Source: Kudoa neothunni (taxonomy: Eukaryota; Animalia; Cnidaria). Taken from it: a stretch of 64,000 nucleotides of DNA. This document shows, piece by piece, positions 12,449 through 26,050 of the stretch. The notes below the pieces were generated by a model that searched no databases, was not told the DNA's origin, and saw only the letters and a program-made list of their open reading frames with translations. Location: contig OZ199840.1 in assembly GCA_964304625.1 (NCBI GenBank), forward strand, positions 2,344,787 to 2,408,786, given 5' to 3'. Made by a program: the position numbers and the translations under genes. How positions within the stretch are numbered: the first letter of the stretch is position 1; the number at the start of each line of letters is the position of its first letter.

Positions 12449-13551
12449 TATGTTTCATTTGATAAAATGGCCCAGTTTCGTCTGCATTATATATATCAGC
12501 GGGATTCCATGAATCAATTATATCAATTAAGTGACATTTCCAATCAACAATGATTATATTATCTACACCACTAGATTCCCCGTGGAATTTATTGTGTTTA
12601 AGGTTATATCAATTGATAAAACCTTGAAACCATCCAGAAGACAACTGTACATTATTACCAGATGAAGCTAAGAATTCGTTAGCTTTGGACATTATATCGT
12701 CTCGTGATAATTCCACCTTATTGGCTCTCATAACTTCTATCCAATCGCGAACTTTCTAATCTATTGAAGAAAATTTCCCACACTTATGAGTTTTTCTATT
12801 TTCGAAACAGCACCATCATTGTGGGTTTTTAATATAATATCATTTTTATGAGCATAGTATTCAAAGATGATCTTTATATTATGCCAAATTTGCTCATGGT
12901 TTGGAGCTTAGCAACTTTGTTATGTGATATGGACTTGTAAAACTTTATTTCGAGCTTCTTTAGTACGGTTTAATGATTTCGTTTGATTAAAATTGGCGCT
13001 CCAACCATTATTTTTTTGCAAATGTCAGAATATTTTCTGCGCTCGAGCCATTTTTGCGTCAGATCCATACATTAAGTTTTCAGCCGTAAAACTTTATATA
13101 AAACTAATTTTGTGGGGCATAATTATCTAGTTTTTATTTAATTTCTTTTTTAAATTGGAACTCAGAGAAAATACGAGATGAAAAAGTGAATTTTTAAAAA
13201 TTGCGTTGGAGCCATATTGCGCACGACCCATACACCACTGTATTTCCTCTTCATTTATCATCTCATTTATTAAATTTAATAAGTTATCATCCAAATTTTC
13301 AGCTTTCTCAGAGATTTTTTCTTGAGCCAATTCCATTTTATCGTTGATAGATTATTTACATTCTAAAGAGAAGAATTCTGTTTTCCTAAAACAATTCACG
13401 ATAGTAGATTTGGTGACACTATTCCAGAAATACTTAATTAAATCCATCGCCTCCAAAACATTGGGAGGAGTTAATTCCATTCTTAATTCGGCGGAATTAA
13501 TATATTTATGAATCATTGTTTTTTGGGATAAACATTTGAACGAATGTATTA

Positions 13552-15565
13552 CAATAGGTGACCGTTAATTCGTAGAACCGATAATTCATAACATCCCTTA
13601 AAACTCTATCCATTAGGTTAAATTTGTCAAATAACGTTTATTATGAGTTGTTAATTAAATACACGAGTTATTTTTTTATTTTGTCCAATAAAAAGTTTTA
13701 AAAGTGTGTATTAACCGATAATTCGTAATTATTTCTAAATGCCCCAAAAAATAATTCACAAATTTGGAACACTAAGAAAAATATGACGGAATTAAATATT
13801 ATGATAGTTTGCCGCCCTTAAATAGAAAGACGGGAACTATCAAACACTTCAAAATAGGTTATATTTCAACATTAAATGGCATTTTAGAAAAAAGGACTAA
13901 AATTACACAAGCATTTGAGAATCAATTGCTTCCATCCCAACGAAGATCAATGCGAAAAGGAAAAGATGAACAAGTCGATCAACGTGTTTATGAGTGATTC
14001 ATTTGGATGAGATCGAAAAGTATCGAATTATCGTCCATCGAAATAATTAATAAAAGAAATGAGATCGGTGCTTCTGATGACGATTTCAAAAATGTTAGCT
14101 ACGGATGGTTTCGCGGCTTTAAAAATAGATTCAATTTAAAAAAAGTCAGCTTTCATGGCGATGCTAACATGGTACCCATAGGAATCATCGCAGAATGGAA
14201 GACTCAACTTTCTTAAAGTTCTTGAAAATTATAAAGAGGATCAAATATACAATGTCGACGAGACCGCGCTGTTCTATCAATCAACGCCTCGTAAGTTTTT
14301 CCTAAAAATGGTTATTTTTGTTTCGATTAGATATTTTTACATACATTAAATGAAAAATTTTTTGTTAATAGTATTACTTCCACAATATGATTATTTTGTG
14401 GGCGCCAAATGTGTACTTCATTATTTTTTCATTATGATCGAAATTATACAATATTCTACAATCAATTATTTTTGCTCAAGTATTTATCTATATTATTGTA
14501 GGAAAAAGTTACGTTTCTGCTATTGAAAATAATATGTCGTGGTAAAAAGACAAAAAAAGGATTACATTACTACTTGGAGCCCCAATGAATGGTGAAAAAC
14601 TAGACCCCTTATTGATAGGTCATCATGCCCCACCTAGATGCTTTAAAAGTATAAATACTACTCCAGTTCCCTATGAGTACAACACGAAAGGCTGAATGAC
14701 AACAAGCATTTTTAGAAATTATCTGTTAAAACTTAACAGTACTTTCAGAAGTAGAAACAAAAAATTGTTCTTTTATGGACAATGCAAGTTGCTATCAACA
14801 CATGGAACTCTCCAACGTTCAAATAGTATATTTTCCCCAAAACACCACATCGGTCCTACAACCAATGGATCAAGGTGTTATTCGTTCATTTAAGGCAACA
14901 TACCGGAAAAACTTAACGAGGAAATATACGCTTCGTGCAGAAATAGGACTGAATATAAAACCTCTAGATTTATGGGAAGCAATGACTCTTATTAAGGATA
15001 CTTGGAATTCAATAGTTCCTGAAACAATTATTATTTGTTTTTCTAAATCTGGTTTCGGCTTAAAAACATCCGTAAATGAACCAGAAAATTCCAATACAAT
15101 TTTATCTTCAGATAGTTCTACATCTCTAGAAGAAGTCGACGAATTAGGTATCGAAGGAAGTTTATTTCCCGTATGTGATAATTTAGAGAACATCATCTCA
15201 TACGAGGAAATCGTTAGCGAGCCTGAAGAAGTAGAGGACGAACCTGTGGAGCCTAAATTCACTTCTATAGATGCTCTAATTTTTGTAGAAAATTTGAAAA
15301 TATTTTTCAAAGGTGCTGGTGCTACTCTTTAGGTGATGAATTAGCTAAATTAGAATCATATGTATATGAGTATATTGAAAAAACTCAAATACAATCAAAA
15401 ATAACAGATTATTTTAGAAATCCTTAAAAATTAAATAATAAAATCAAAATTTTCATGTTATTTTTTTCACGCGCGCACAAAACCATTACGAATTAGACGT
15501 TACTGACGTATAATTCGTAATTTTCTCCGTCCCCGAGGGGATTACGAATTAGTGGTCACCGACTG
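13552..15565 (+). mobile_element. Tigger/pogo TigC (full-length, decayed) inserted in TigB
   Basis: TA at 13550-51 and 15566-67; TIRs CAATAGGTGACCGTTAATTCGTA / CAGTCGGTGACCACTAATTCGTA; CENP-B-type HTH, DETALF, MDNAS and QPMDQG motifs. Confidence 0.93.
14291..14501 (+). other. 211-nt GT-AG intron in TigC transposase
   Basis: GTAAGT...TTGTAG, phase 1; splicing gives DETALFYQSTPRKSYVSA. Confidence 0.8.
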
Positions 15566-15948
15566 TATTCCTTGGTCCAGTGGATGCAGGACATTAATGG
15601 TATTTTGGCAGGAATATAAGTTGAACATTGCTGAACTCACTATTGGTGTGTGAACTGGCATTATCCAGAAACATTAAATTTTTGTATTTTCTTTACGAAG
15701 TGTTGGTTTAATTTGTTTAATAACCTCAACAAAATGTCCTCAGTCATCCAGGACTCTTTGTTAGATTCATATCATAAGGGCAACTTTGTGAAATTTTTAA
15801 AATAGCGAGGTTTTTTGCTTGGTCCAATTATTATTGGCTCCTATTTTTCCCACTCATTGATGCTCCTAGACTAGTAAAATGATGAGACGTCTTTTTGATT
15901 TTTTGATCGTTTAATATAGAATTCTGACGAACGCACAATTGCTCGTAC

Positions 15949-15985
15949 CTTAGAAAAATTATTAAATAAAATAAGGAACATTCAC
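15949..15985 (-). other. 37-nt GT-AG intron in TigB transposase
   Basis: GTGAAT...TTCTAAG, phase 1; splicing puts DETALFYQRQRG in frame with KSKRRLIILL. Confidence 0.75.
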
Positions 15986-16731
15986 CTCGCTGCCGTTGGT
16001 AGAATAAGGCGGTCTCGTCTATGATGTAATTACAATCTTCAGAGTATCCTTTGCAAAGGGGTTTTAATGTGATTGATCCATCTTGAGGTGGTATCAGAAT
16101 TAACATCAGCAGATTCGCCATGAAACTTGATTTTTATAATGTTGTACCTTTTTTTTAAAACAACGAAACCATCCATCGGTTGCGCTTGATGGCAAGTCTT
16201 TTGCTTCGGCCAATTCATTTCTCTTGCTGATTTTAGCGGCGGGGCTTACTTCTATCTTCTCGCTTCGTACCCATTCAATCCACTCATACACATCTTCATC
16301 GATGGAACGAAGTTGTCCTGCATGTAAATATTTTCTATTTTTAGATGCTAAACCACCCTCTTAGGTTCTAATTATTTAGTCTTTCATCTTTAGGATGCCA
16401 CTCAGAGTCAAGGTAGTAGACATTTTAAAATGTGATACGGTGGCAACTTTCGCAATCCTTAATAATATTGTACTTTTCGGCGATAGTTCTAGTTTAAGGA
16501 GTTTTTTGGCACCATATATTGATTTAATTAATAAACAAGCAAAGAGTATCTCAAACAAGTGCGTGAAATTAGTCAATCCCGTGATTTTCGATTACATTAT
16601 TTAGTCCCTTTTTAAAATAATTTTCGTGAAAATTTTGAAACATTATTAGAAACATATTATATACTCAATAATGAATCAATATTTTAACAAAGAGGGTTTT
16701 AAAAAGTGCGTGAAATTGTTTACATACTGTA

Positions 16732-18999
16732 CTTGTTTAATGAGACCTCCGCCCTTGACGTAGACGAGACAAACACTCTATTCGTGGAGAATGTTTTGGT
16801 AGAGCAAGACGTAAATCTCCGCGTTTTGTAATATCAAGGCGGTTTCTTCTGGCACTTAACAAATTACCAACTGCACTTAATCCACATTCCACAAGATATG
16901 ATGAAGGAAAAGAGAATAACATTTCTTTAGCTAAGGCAGAACAAACTGGGAATTTCTTTTCAACATCGGCTGAAAGCCACATATCTATTCCTTTGAGTTT
17001 ATATAACGCACTCGTAACGCTCGTCATGCGGTATTTCGATCAATTCTTGTTGACATTGAAACTGAGCCTAGGAAACATCAGCTAATAGCGGTTGAGTTAA
17101 CCAGGTAGGAAAAATCATCACTTTTAAATCGTAAAATCTGTCATTTAATTCTATAATTAACACATAAATGAGCTGTACTTATTTTTAAAGCATAACAAGA
17201 TACTTCGCATTTACTTAATCAACGGAAATGACCAAAAACACGCTGAGATGCATTATTGTAGCAAAGTTCGAGAAACGAAATGAATCCTAGAATTTTCGCT
17301 TTTGCGTCAACAAGAGTTACATTTGCTCTTTGAATTTTTGAATTTAAAATGCGGTCTCTCAAATATGTCCGCTAAATAACTCACAAAGGCCATTCCATCG
17401 CTTGTAATCAGATGTTTCATCTCAGGGTTGCCTTCTAAGAATTTGCTTACCTGACAAAACAACTCCATGAGCCTCTTAAGGTAATTTCCATTCGACAGCC
17501 GCCTAACTTCAATATGGGGAAATCAACGAATGTGATCGACATTTTGATCTTTGCACAATTCCTTGAATAATCTTACAGCTTTGGGATTTGTTTTAAAAAA
17601 GTTAAAACATGTGATCACATTCTGTAATATTTTCTTAAGAAGAGATAGTTTTTTCCATTATATTTTCCCGATGTATCACGCAACGGCATACTATTAACTT
17701 CGGATTTTCATCTTTTAGAAATTTCAAATATCCATTTTTTGCTCGCATGATAGCAGGAGCACCGTCAGCAGCACATGTCAACAAATTGACAATCGGTATT
17801 TTATTTGAAAAAAAAAATTTTTCATCATAATGTAGATATCTTTTGCTGTTTTCGTTATATAAAATGATTTACAAAATAACATCTCTTCACAAAATTGCTC
17901 TTTGTCAATATACCATACATAAGCTAGTACATGAGCTTTGCTGTCTCGAATTGTGGATTCATCCAACTGTAATGAAAATGTCCTTTTTTGTAATTTTTCA
18001 ATAAGTTGAAGATTGACATCTTTGGATTTCTCATCAATTCGGTCAGACACTGTATTATTACTATGAGGCATATCATTAACTTTAATATCAGTTTTTATTG
18101 GGATGGTCTTTAAGAAAATTGAAATAGCTGGTTTTATTAGATTTTCACCAATTGTATGACTCTTTCCGTTTTTCGCAATAACCAAAGAGATTTCGTAGCT
18201 CGTTTCCAAAGTACGCTTAGTTAATCCAAATTGAGAACCAAACATGGATGAAACTTTTTGTCGATTTCAAATTACTCTTTAAGTGACTTAAAATTTTTCA
18301 ACTCTGAGCAAATATTATTGGGATGTTTTACATTTAAATGCGTTCCTAATCTGCCAACCATCATGGACTCATTACTCAAGATCTGACGGCATATCAAACA
18401 AAAAGGTCTGTTTCCATCAAGGATATATGGTATAAAACCAAATGCAAATATTCTGAAGAATAATGGCGGGTTTTTCTTTTCCTGTCGATATTAATTGTAA
18501 AAACAGATTTGAGCTTCGCGAATAAAGAGTAAACAGGTGTTCACGATTCGATGATGTACGAGTGTTAAATCGGTAGACACTTGATTAAATTTGAGATGGT
18601 GCACATTCAGTCGGCTCGAAGTTTTGCAGTTCACAATTGTCAAATTCTATTTATCTTTAATCAAAGAAGGACTATAAGCGGTCGTAATATGAATTTCTTT
18701 CAGATTAAATATTTGCCGACACTTTTAGTCATTATATTCTAATTGACAACAGAAATAACATTTTATTCAAATTATAAATTGAAAAATTCCAAGTGCTAAC
18801 GATCATTCGAATAACTCCCCATTAAAAAAATCAAATGAAATGTACAGAAAGCCTAATTATAAATATTCTACAAACATTTCTTCCATATTAATACTCGCAT
18901 ATCCTTGTGGCGTCCATTATGCTTTCAAAATTTTTTGCGCCCATCAAAATTTTACAATGATCCGCCAGTGGAGCGCACAAGCCACGTTGAGAAACACTT
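16732..18999 (-). mobile_element. hAT (Buster/ZBED5-8-like) element, 3' end interrupted by TigB
   Basis: 5' end (A)AGTGTTTCTCAAC resembles a hAT TIR; BED finger CLICR..HL..KHP; FSLQLDEST; CAADGAP; FPSSYLVECG...RNRLD dimerisation motif. Confidence 0.9.
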
Positions 19000-19245
19000 A
19001 TATTTAGGTATGTGCAACAAAATTTCCACCTATCATCTAATTTTTGTCAAAAGGGACGTTTGATTATAAATCACTCGAATAATACTACGACGAGGTAATA
19101 GTATCTTGAAAAAATAATAACTTCAGGAAACTTAAGTTTAAAAGTCATTATTAAGTAAATTTCAAGTAGAAAACTACATCATCGTTCCATGCACGTTCAA
19201 GTGCGTGTCTCTATATAACCCGAACGAAGATTAATGCACAAATTT

Positions 19246-21770
19246 GGTAACGGTGTACTTACCGGCTACCAAAATTCGGCATGATGTGATCTTTTCGTAG
19301 ATTAAGTTCATTAACTCCAAAAAGTTGCAGCATATAAATATAAATCAATTTTTTTTGTTTCTAATGTTTCCTTAATTCGTTGTCATAATCCATTAATTAC
19401 ATAACACGTGACGCCAAATAAAAATATCCTCAAACTATATGTTTTCCCACATTTTATCGATATATATAGCTCATAATAATATAATATTAGAATCTAATAT
19501 AGTTACGCATATGTGTGATTTAATTTGGTATTTTATCACTTAAGCTTAAGGATGCACGTTTTTAGAAAATAAGGCGGCAATGGTTGATATTAAATCAGAT
19601 GATGAGTTTTTTTATTCATAAATAATAATGAAATTCTATTTAACTTTTTTGTTTCAAAAAAAATCGTCCATGACCTTCCAAAACAACGTAGAAAGTGTAG
19701 AGGTTGCGACACAATGTATACCTCTACAAGAAAGAGAAAGCAAACTAGCCAATTAATCTATTCATTAAATAATGATGAAAATATAGTTATATACGCGTGT
19801 AGAAAATAATTGAAATACAATAAATGGTTTTCATTAAATAAGACAGATGTAAAATAAAACTATGCCCAACCAAAAAAACCTTTTTTACCGGAAATAATGA
19901 GGGAACAAAACAAAAATTAAATATCAAGAATATCTTAAAGATCTTGTACTATTGGTCTTTAAATAATTCTATCGAATCAATCTCATCAATGGTTTCTGTC
20001 TCTAAAAAATCGATTATAAATTGGTTTTTTTTAATTCAAACCATTTGTACAAACCACTTCCTCAATCGGTAAAAATTCGGCGGTGAAGGATACGTTATTG
20101 AAATTGACAAAAATCTATTGCATGGCAAAAGAAAAAATTACAGGGCCGTTAATTGAACGGAGATTCTTGGAAATATTCTTCTACAAAGGAAATTTTCATC
20201 CCTGAGAATGAGGTGACAGTAATAAGAAAAAAGATTTCATTAATTTGTCATGTCTTCTAGACGGATGGAAGTGGAAGTGAGTATCGCCCTGATTGTGGAG
20301 AGTTGTCCGACGAATATATGTGTATATGTTATCTAACGATACGAGAGTAAATTTTATGAATTAGCTCTATGTTCGAATTCAGAAAAATATGGGAATTGGG
20401 TCGACGGTCCCTGGGTTTTTGGTCTTTGCATGTGCTCAGTTGATCCTGATGGAGAAAAGGACTCTAAAAGAGGTAAGGTATTTCAGTGTTCAAAGAAGAA
20501 ATCATGAAACTCTGATACCAATAATTGAGAACGAGGTCCTTAAAGGGTCAACTATTTACAGTGACGAATGGCCTGCTTACAATAAACCATCAGAACGAGG
20601 CTACAATCACATTCGAATCAACCATTCCCAAAGTTATTGTATTAATGGAGCACATTCGAATACTCTCGAATCTTGTTGGAGTTGGCTCAAACTTAAGATC
20701 CTTAAAATTAAGAGAGGTGTGAGCCGACTAAATTTCGATGGTTACCTGCATGAAGAATGGTTCCGATTTATTATGGGCGGGGAACTCAATTTATTTAACA
20801 ACTATTTGAATATTATTAATAAATATTACCCAACAGAATAAACCGTCTGATTTTTTTCGCAATAAAAGCATAATAAATGTATAAAGTTGATTGGAATAAT
20901 TTTCTCAATCTAGCATCAAATCCATAGGGATATTAATGATTTCATTTGTGACGTGTAAAATCAACTTTATCAAATAAGACTTTTGTAAATGAATATACTA
21001 TAGTATAGTGAAAGTGTTGAAATATAATTATAAAAGAATAAACAACATTCAAATCATTAAACTTAAAAAATACTGTAATAGAATATGTAATTCAATAAGT
21101 TTTACATTAAATGATTTAGTTACGCCTAAAGTATATTTTTGAACGTTTTGTGAAAAAGATATATTATCGTTAAAATGATTTTTAACTTTATGCATAAACA
21201 AGAAACATTTTGAGCAAATAGAAAAAGAAATTGCCACAAGATTTAAAAATTATTAGTTAAAATAAAATAATATTTTTAGCTCATTTCGTAAAACGTGAAA
21301 TATTATATACTTTTTGGTAGAAAATGGTCTATAAAAAAATTTTAAACTAAAAATACCAAAATTCTTTCGTAAAATTATTTATAAACTTTGATTACTCCAT
21401 TTTAAATCTGTGTATGGTGAAAATTTCCAAAATAAAATGATTCAATTTTTAATTGATTAAATCGACAAATAAGTAGATTTCACATATTTTAAAAATCATT
21501 TTTCAATAATTAAATAGGATGATTTCAAAAACATTAATTTAAGTTGGTTAAAACGGGAAAACAATACCTAAAGTAGCATTGTATAGGAGATTAATACAAC
21601 ATGTAAAGGATTGTGAAAACGAATTCAGGTAACATTAGAAACAAAAAAAAATTGATTTATATTTATATGCTGCAACTTTTTAGAGAGAATGAACTATATC
21701 TAGGAACGAATCGGCGGAAAAAATCACGACATCATGCCGAATTTTGGTAGCCGGTAAGTACACTATTACC
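19246..21770 (+). mobile_element. Merlin (ISXO2-like) element with long TIRs
   Basis: TIRs of about 150 bp or more starting GGTAA..GTGTACTTACCGGCTACC; GGEGYVIEID, GPWVFG, IYSDEWPAY and HSNTLESCW motifs; no TSD seen. Confidence 0.88.
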
Positions 21771-22535
21771 ACGTGAAGTATGGGAAATGTGGGCAGGAGA
21801 ATTACAAAAATGTTTCAACCCAAACCAATACGTCACAACTGACAAGCAGTTGGTTTCATTCAAGGGACAATGTCTCTTTAGATAGTACATGTCTTTGAAA
21901 CCAGCTAAATATGACCTAAAGTTTTTTTTACTTGTCGATCATATTGAAAAATATGTTTTAAATATCTCTCCGTATATGGGTTAACATCCTTGATACCTCA
22001 CAAAAAAAAACTGAAATGATCATATGCTACAATAAAGCGAATGGGGGAGTCGACACCATTGACCGAATGCATGCCTCAGTTTCTGTTCGCAGATTCAACC
22101 GCAGATGGCCAATGATAATTTTTTTCAATATTCTCGACCTATCCTTGATTAATGCTTTTGCATTATACAAGAATATTTTTAATAGCCAAAATAAAACCCG
22201 TCGTAACTTTCTAAAAGAAATCGCTGAAGCCCTCTACCAACCACTTATCAATCAAAATTCAAATAATAACAAAGTTGTCAAAAGAAAATCACCTTTCTCC
22301 GAACCAATTACAAATGTCCCTCAAATTAAAAATCAAAGGGCACGATGTAGTTATTGCCCTCGTGGAAATGATAAAAAAACGTTCCTTCGTTGTTCGGATC
22401 GTAATAAATCTTACTGCCAAGTACACTCATCCAACAAATGTTTCAATTGTTTGAATTAATTATTACATAGATTCTCTTTTGAATATAATTATAGAATGTG
22501 TTTTTCTTATCAAAACTATAAATATGTAATTTTTT

Positions 22536-23597
22536 GGCTAAATTACAGTAACCGTGCATCCAACCGGGAAAAATGAAACATCTCGTAAAATGTCGGAAAA
22601 ATAAATTTTTGCTACTTAAAAACCATTATATATTTAAATAACGTCTATAATTCTTTTCCACTATATTTTCTTCGAAACATGAAATCAACAACATAACTAG
22701 GGAGTGTTTCTGGGGTTTTATTTGTGGCGTTTCTATATTTTCTTTTAAAAACTCCCCACATGTAGTTTCTATTTTGTTAATGTGGACCCCCTCAATAGAA
22801 ACCAACCTTCTTTTATGAATCACGGTACCGTGAAAAAAACCTAGATCCTTGAAACTGTTGTAATCTTTCCAACCATCGGTCCAAATAGTTGACTCTTCCA
22901 CTACATTCTCAATAATTATTCTTTATAGAATATCCCTATTTCTTTTTTGTGTTATTTTCAAAAAGAAATTTCCGTCTTCGTCAATTCTTCCCACCATCCA
23001 ATACTGTTGATTCCGTGGAATTCTTCCAACGTTGAACTTCCTTTTTGATTTGGCAATCTCATCTATTTTACTGCAACACCCTTCCCACCTATTTTAGAAA
23101 ATTTTTGGCATCTAGTTTAGATGCCAAAAATCTGTAATGACGTTTATCCAATCATTTATGGTGGAGTTTGAAGAAATTTTAGAGAGTTTACGAATATCAT
23201 CGTACGTCATTGTTGGATGTTGGATTATCGTTACTATAAAAATAAAAATTTTCCACAAAGAAAGTCGAGAAATTTTGAAAATAGTTCCTTTTCGTATCGA
23301 CGTTTTTTTGTTTCATAAAATACATTTGTATTGATAACCATCATCAGCGCCTTTCTCTCAACTAGGAACATTCGACCGCCACAAAAACATTTTGAATAAC
23401 TCTTCATAAGACCCAGATTTTGCATTGTTTTTATTGTATATTCAAGGTCATCGCGAAAATAACCATAATCCAAGATTGTAATCTCATCAATATATATTCT
23501 CTAACGTAAATATTTTTTTGTTTGATTGCATCGTGTTAGAAAGAATCGAGACCTTCCAAAAATCACCAGTTTGATGCACGGTCGTTGTGATTTAGCC
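22536..23597 (-). mobile_element. Merlin (ISXO2-like) element
   Basis: 8-bp TSD AATTTTTT (22528-35, 23598-605); TIRs GGCTAAAT(T/C)ACA..ACCGTGCATC; IWTDGWKDY and HINKIET motifs. Confidence 0.93.
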
Positions 23598-23780
23598 AAT
23601 TTTTTATCCTAAAAGTGGATATTCTTGAGGATATTAATTTAACGACAATATGCGACGAGTGATGGGATGTTACGAAGGAGATTAAGGCGGATTAATTTGA
23701 CCATTTATTAGCGTTTTACTCAAAATTCAACCGTTAGAAATTTTTAGTAATTTACTATTGTGATTATAAACATTTATTAA

Positions 23781-25936
23781 CCCTTTGAGGACAACCATGC
23801 GGTCCACGAGCCCACCAACTGATTAAATTGGGTTTGTAGACTTTAATATTTGTTTTTTTGCGCCGAAATTTCACGTAAATTGTTAAAAATTAATAATCTA
23901 GCGGTATGTACTATTAAAAATTTTGTCGTAATTTTAAAAGATAATTCTATTGTATTAATTTTAATCATTTGTACAATTTCGCGACATACAGATTGATGGC
24001 CAATTCAATTAATTTGAGCGAGTTCTCGTCTTCATATAATGAAAGCATAGAATCGCGTGAATTGGAAAAATATTCGGAGGAAATATCTGAATTTGGTGAT
24101 GAATTTTACGATGAGAAAAACGGTTATTTGTTATCTCGTGTGAAAGCATTGAGTTATGTTCAGTTTTTTTGATTAATAATATTGATTTACTGATGTAGGA
24201 TTGGAATTGAAAATAGAAAAAATAATAATAACCCGGTTCCCCAAAAAAAGCTACATTTCCAAAGACAAATCCATTGTTTGGTCTTCTACTACAAAATCTG
24301 GATGAACCCCTCATCGTAATATGATAAATAATAATATTCAAGCAGGTAAACCCGGTGATTCGTTGAATTCGGAAACGCCACTCACTGCCTTCATTTTTTA
24401 AATCATAAAATAACGGAAGACATAATTTTATATACAAACCGTAAAGGGTATGAACAACTAGTGGATAAGTGGAAACCCATAGACCTCGTTGAACTTAGAG
24501 CAATCATAGGATTGCTACTTTTGGTCGGGGCATATAAATCAAACATGGAGAGCATTTCCATTGTATGAGATAAGTTTCACGGTAGAGCATTATTTCGTGC
24601 AACCATGAGTCGATTAAGATTCAAACAAATTTTTGCCTATATTCGTTTTGACGAATATTGGAATAGGGACAATGCAAGTGATACATTTGCGGCTATAAGG
24701 AGTATATTTGATAAATTTGTAAATATATGCAAAACAAGTTATACACCCAGCCCAAATTTAACAGTGGATGAGCAATTATATCCATTCCATGGCCGTGTAT
24801 CATTCTTGGTGTATATGCCCAAAAAGTCATTGAAGTACGGCTTGAAATTTTGGATAATATGCGATAGTCAATCTCGCTACGTTTCTAACATAATACCTTA
24901 TTTGGGGAAAATTAATGGCCAACGTGAGAATAATTTATCTTTTAGCGTGGTGATCAACCTTACAGAGAATTTGTTAGACGTCGATAGGAACATTACCTTT
25001 GATAACTATTTCACAACTTGGCAACTTGCGTTGTATCTGCAAAGACGTAATACCTCAATGATTGGAACTGTTCGGAAATGCAGAGTTTTCGTACCCTCGG
25101 AATTTGTGCAAAACAAATTTAGAAGAGTTTACTCTTCCTTGTTTGAGTTCTATGATCAATTTACCCTTATATCCTATATACCCAAAAAACAAAGGTGTCA
25201 TCTTACTCTCATCGCAACATCGTACAACCGAAGTAGACTATGATGTTCGTGCTAAACCAATAGCTATTAAGTATTATAATATAAATAAATGTGGTGTTGT
25301 TGTGCTGGATCAGTGCGTTTCTACATATACGTGTAAGCTAAAATGTATGCGCTGGTCTTACGCCGTATTTTCACAAATTGTCGATGTCGCCTCTTTCAAT
25401 GCTTTTGCGGTATTTGAACAGAGAAATCCTGATTATTTTAAGAGATGTAAATAAATAAAGGAAAAAATTTCCTTATAGGTTTGTCAATGCAATTCATTAA
25501 GCCATTACAAGATATACGTGTGGCCAATCCTAAAATATCCTTGCAGCCATACGTAAAAAGATCCCTAGAAATAACTGGCTACAGTTTTAACAATGCTAAA
25601 ATTCTTTCATTGGAACAAATTGAACAAAATATAAGAAAGCGTCGTTCTAGCTGCCCAACCGGAATCATCAGAAGAAGTAAATAATATTGCCATTTGTGTA
25701 AAAACAATGTTTGTATTAAACACCCCGTAAAATGTCACTTGCACTAAGTGTGATTGTATACCAAAATAAAAAAGTACTATTATTCGAAGCTTTTTTGTTT
25801 TTATTGCATATTTGAGTTATTCAAGACTTGATTTCGGATTTATGGTTAATCCACCATATGATTAATTTTAATCCCATGGGATCCAGGAGCCCATGGTTAT
25901 ACTTAACTGGAGGGCCAGAAGATTGTCCTCAAAGGG
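23781..25936 (+). mobile_element. piggyBac pB5, full-length, decayed
   Basis: TTAA on both sides; perfect 14-bp TIR CCCTTTGAGGACAA; TVDEQLYPF and ITFDNYF in ORF 24605-25243. Confidence 0.94.
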
Positions 25937-26050
25937 TTAATCAAATTTATCAAATAAAAATCTGGGGTCATATTGATCCCAATGCAATTGGAGGGTAGTT
26001 TTTTTGCGTCTTTAAAGGGTTAAATCAGCTGTTCATAATTCTCAGACATT

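Larger units (their letters stand above)
10119..13240 (-). mobile_element. Tigger/pogo TigA inserted in TigB
   Basis: TA at 10117-18 and 13241-42; degenerate TIRs CAATAGTGTAAGGATG.. / CAGTGGTGTATGGGTC..; repeated subterminal motif CCATTTTTGCG; transposase ~11450-13008 (NADETG, FPPNTTSVLQTLDQG). Confidence 0.8.
9720..16729 (-). mobile_element. Tigger/pogo TigB split by two other Tiggers (3' TIR not found)
   Basis: 5' TIR CAGTATGTAAACAATTTCACGCAC ends at 16729, TA at 16730-31; HTH, DETALF and PLDQG motifs. The frame rejoins across 13552-15565 (DQGI/IHSFK) and across 10119-13240 (EEEI/YEILEF). The QTKIT tail near 9770 matches the copy at 55427-57436. Confidence 0.85.
21771..26019 (+). mobile_element. 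Internally deleted piggyBac pB4 (3' part) hosting a Merlin and another piggyBac
   Basis: FKGQC..YMSLKPAKY motif at ~21860; ORF 22016-22459 (GGVDTID, RRWP, RCSYCPR); terminus AAAGGG|TTAA at 26019-23 with a GGGGTCATATTGATCCC palindrome. Confidence 0.75.

Noticed and set aside
13127-13336. Short ORFs 13127-13336, 9943-10164 and 47560-47742 as novel proteins
   Set aside because: They are read-throughs across transposon insertion junctions.
14870-15310. Antisense ORFs (also 1129-1347, 10565-10855, 24009-24437, 36171-36437, 59783-60157) as genes
   Set aside because: They are shadow frames opposite transposases, with no recognisable motifs.
10263-23597. Bacterial IS1595/IS630 insertion sequences or contamination
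   Set aside because: They are nested with eukaryotic elements and show the same AT-rich decay; they are the eukaryotic Merlin and IS630-like relatives.
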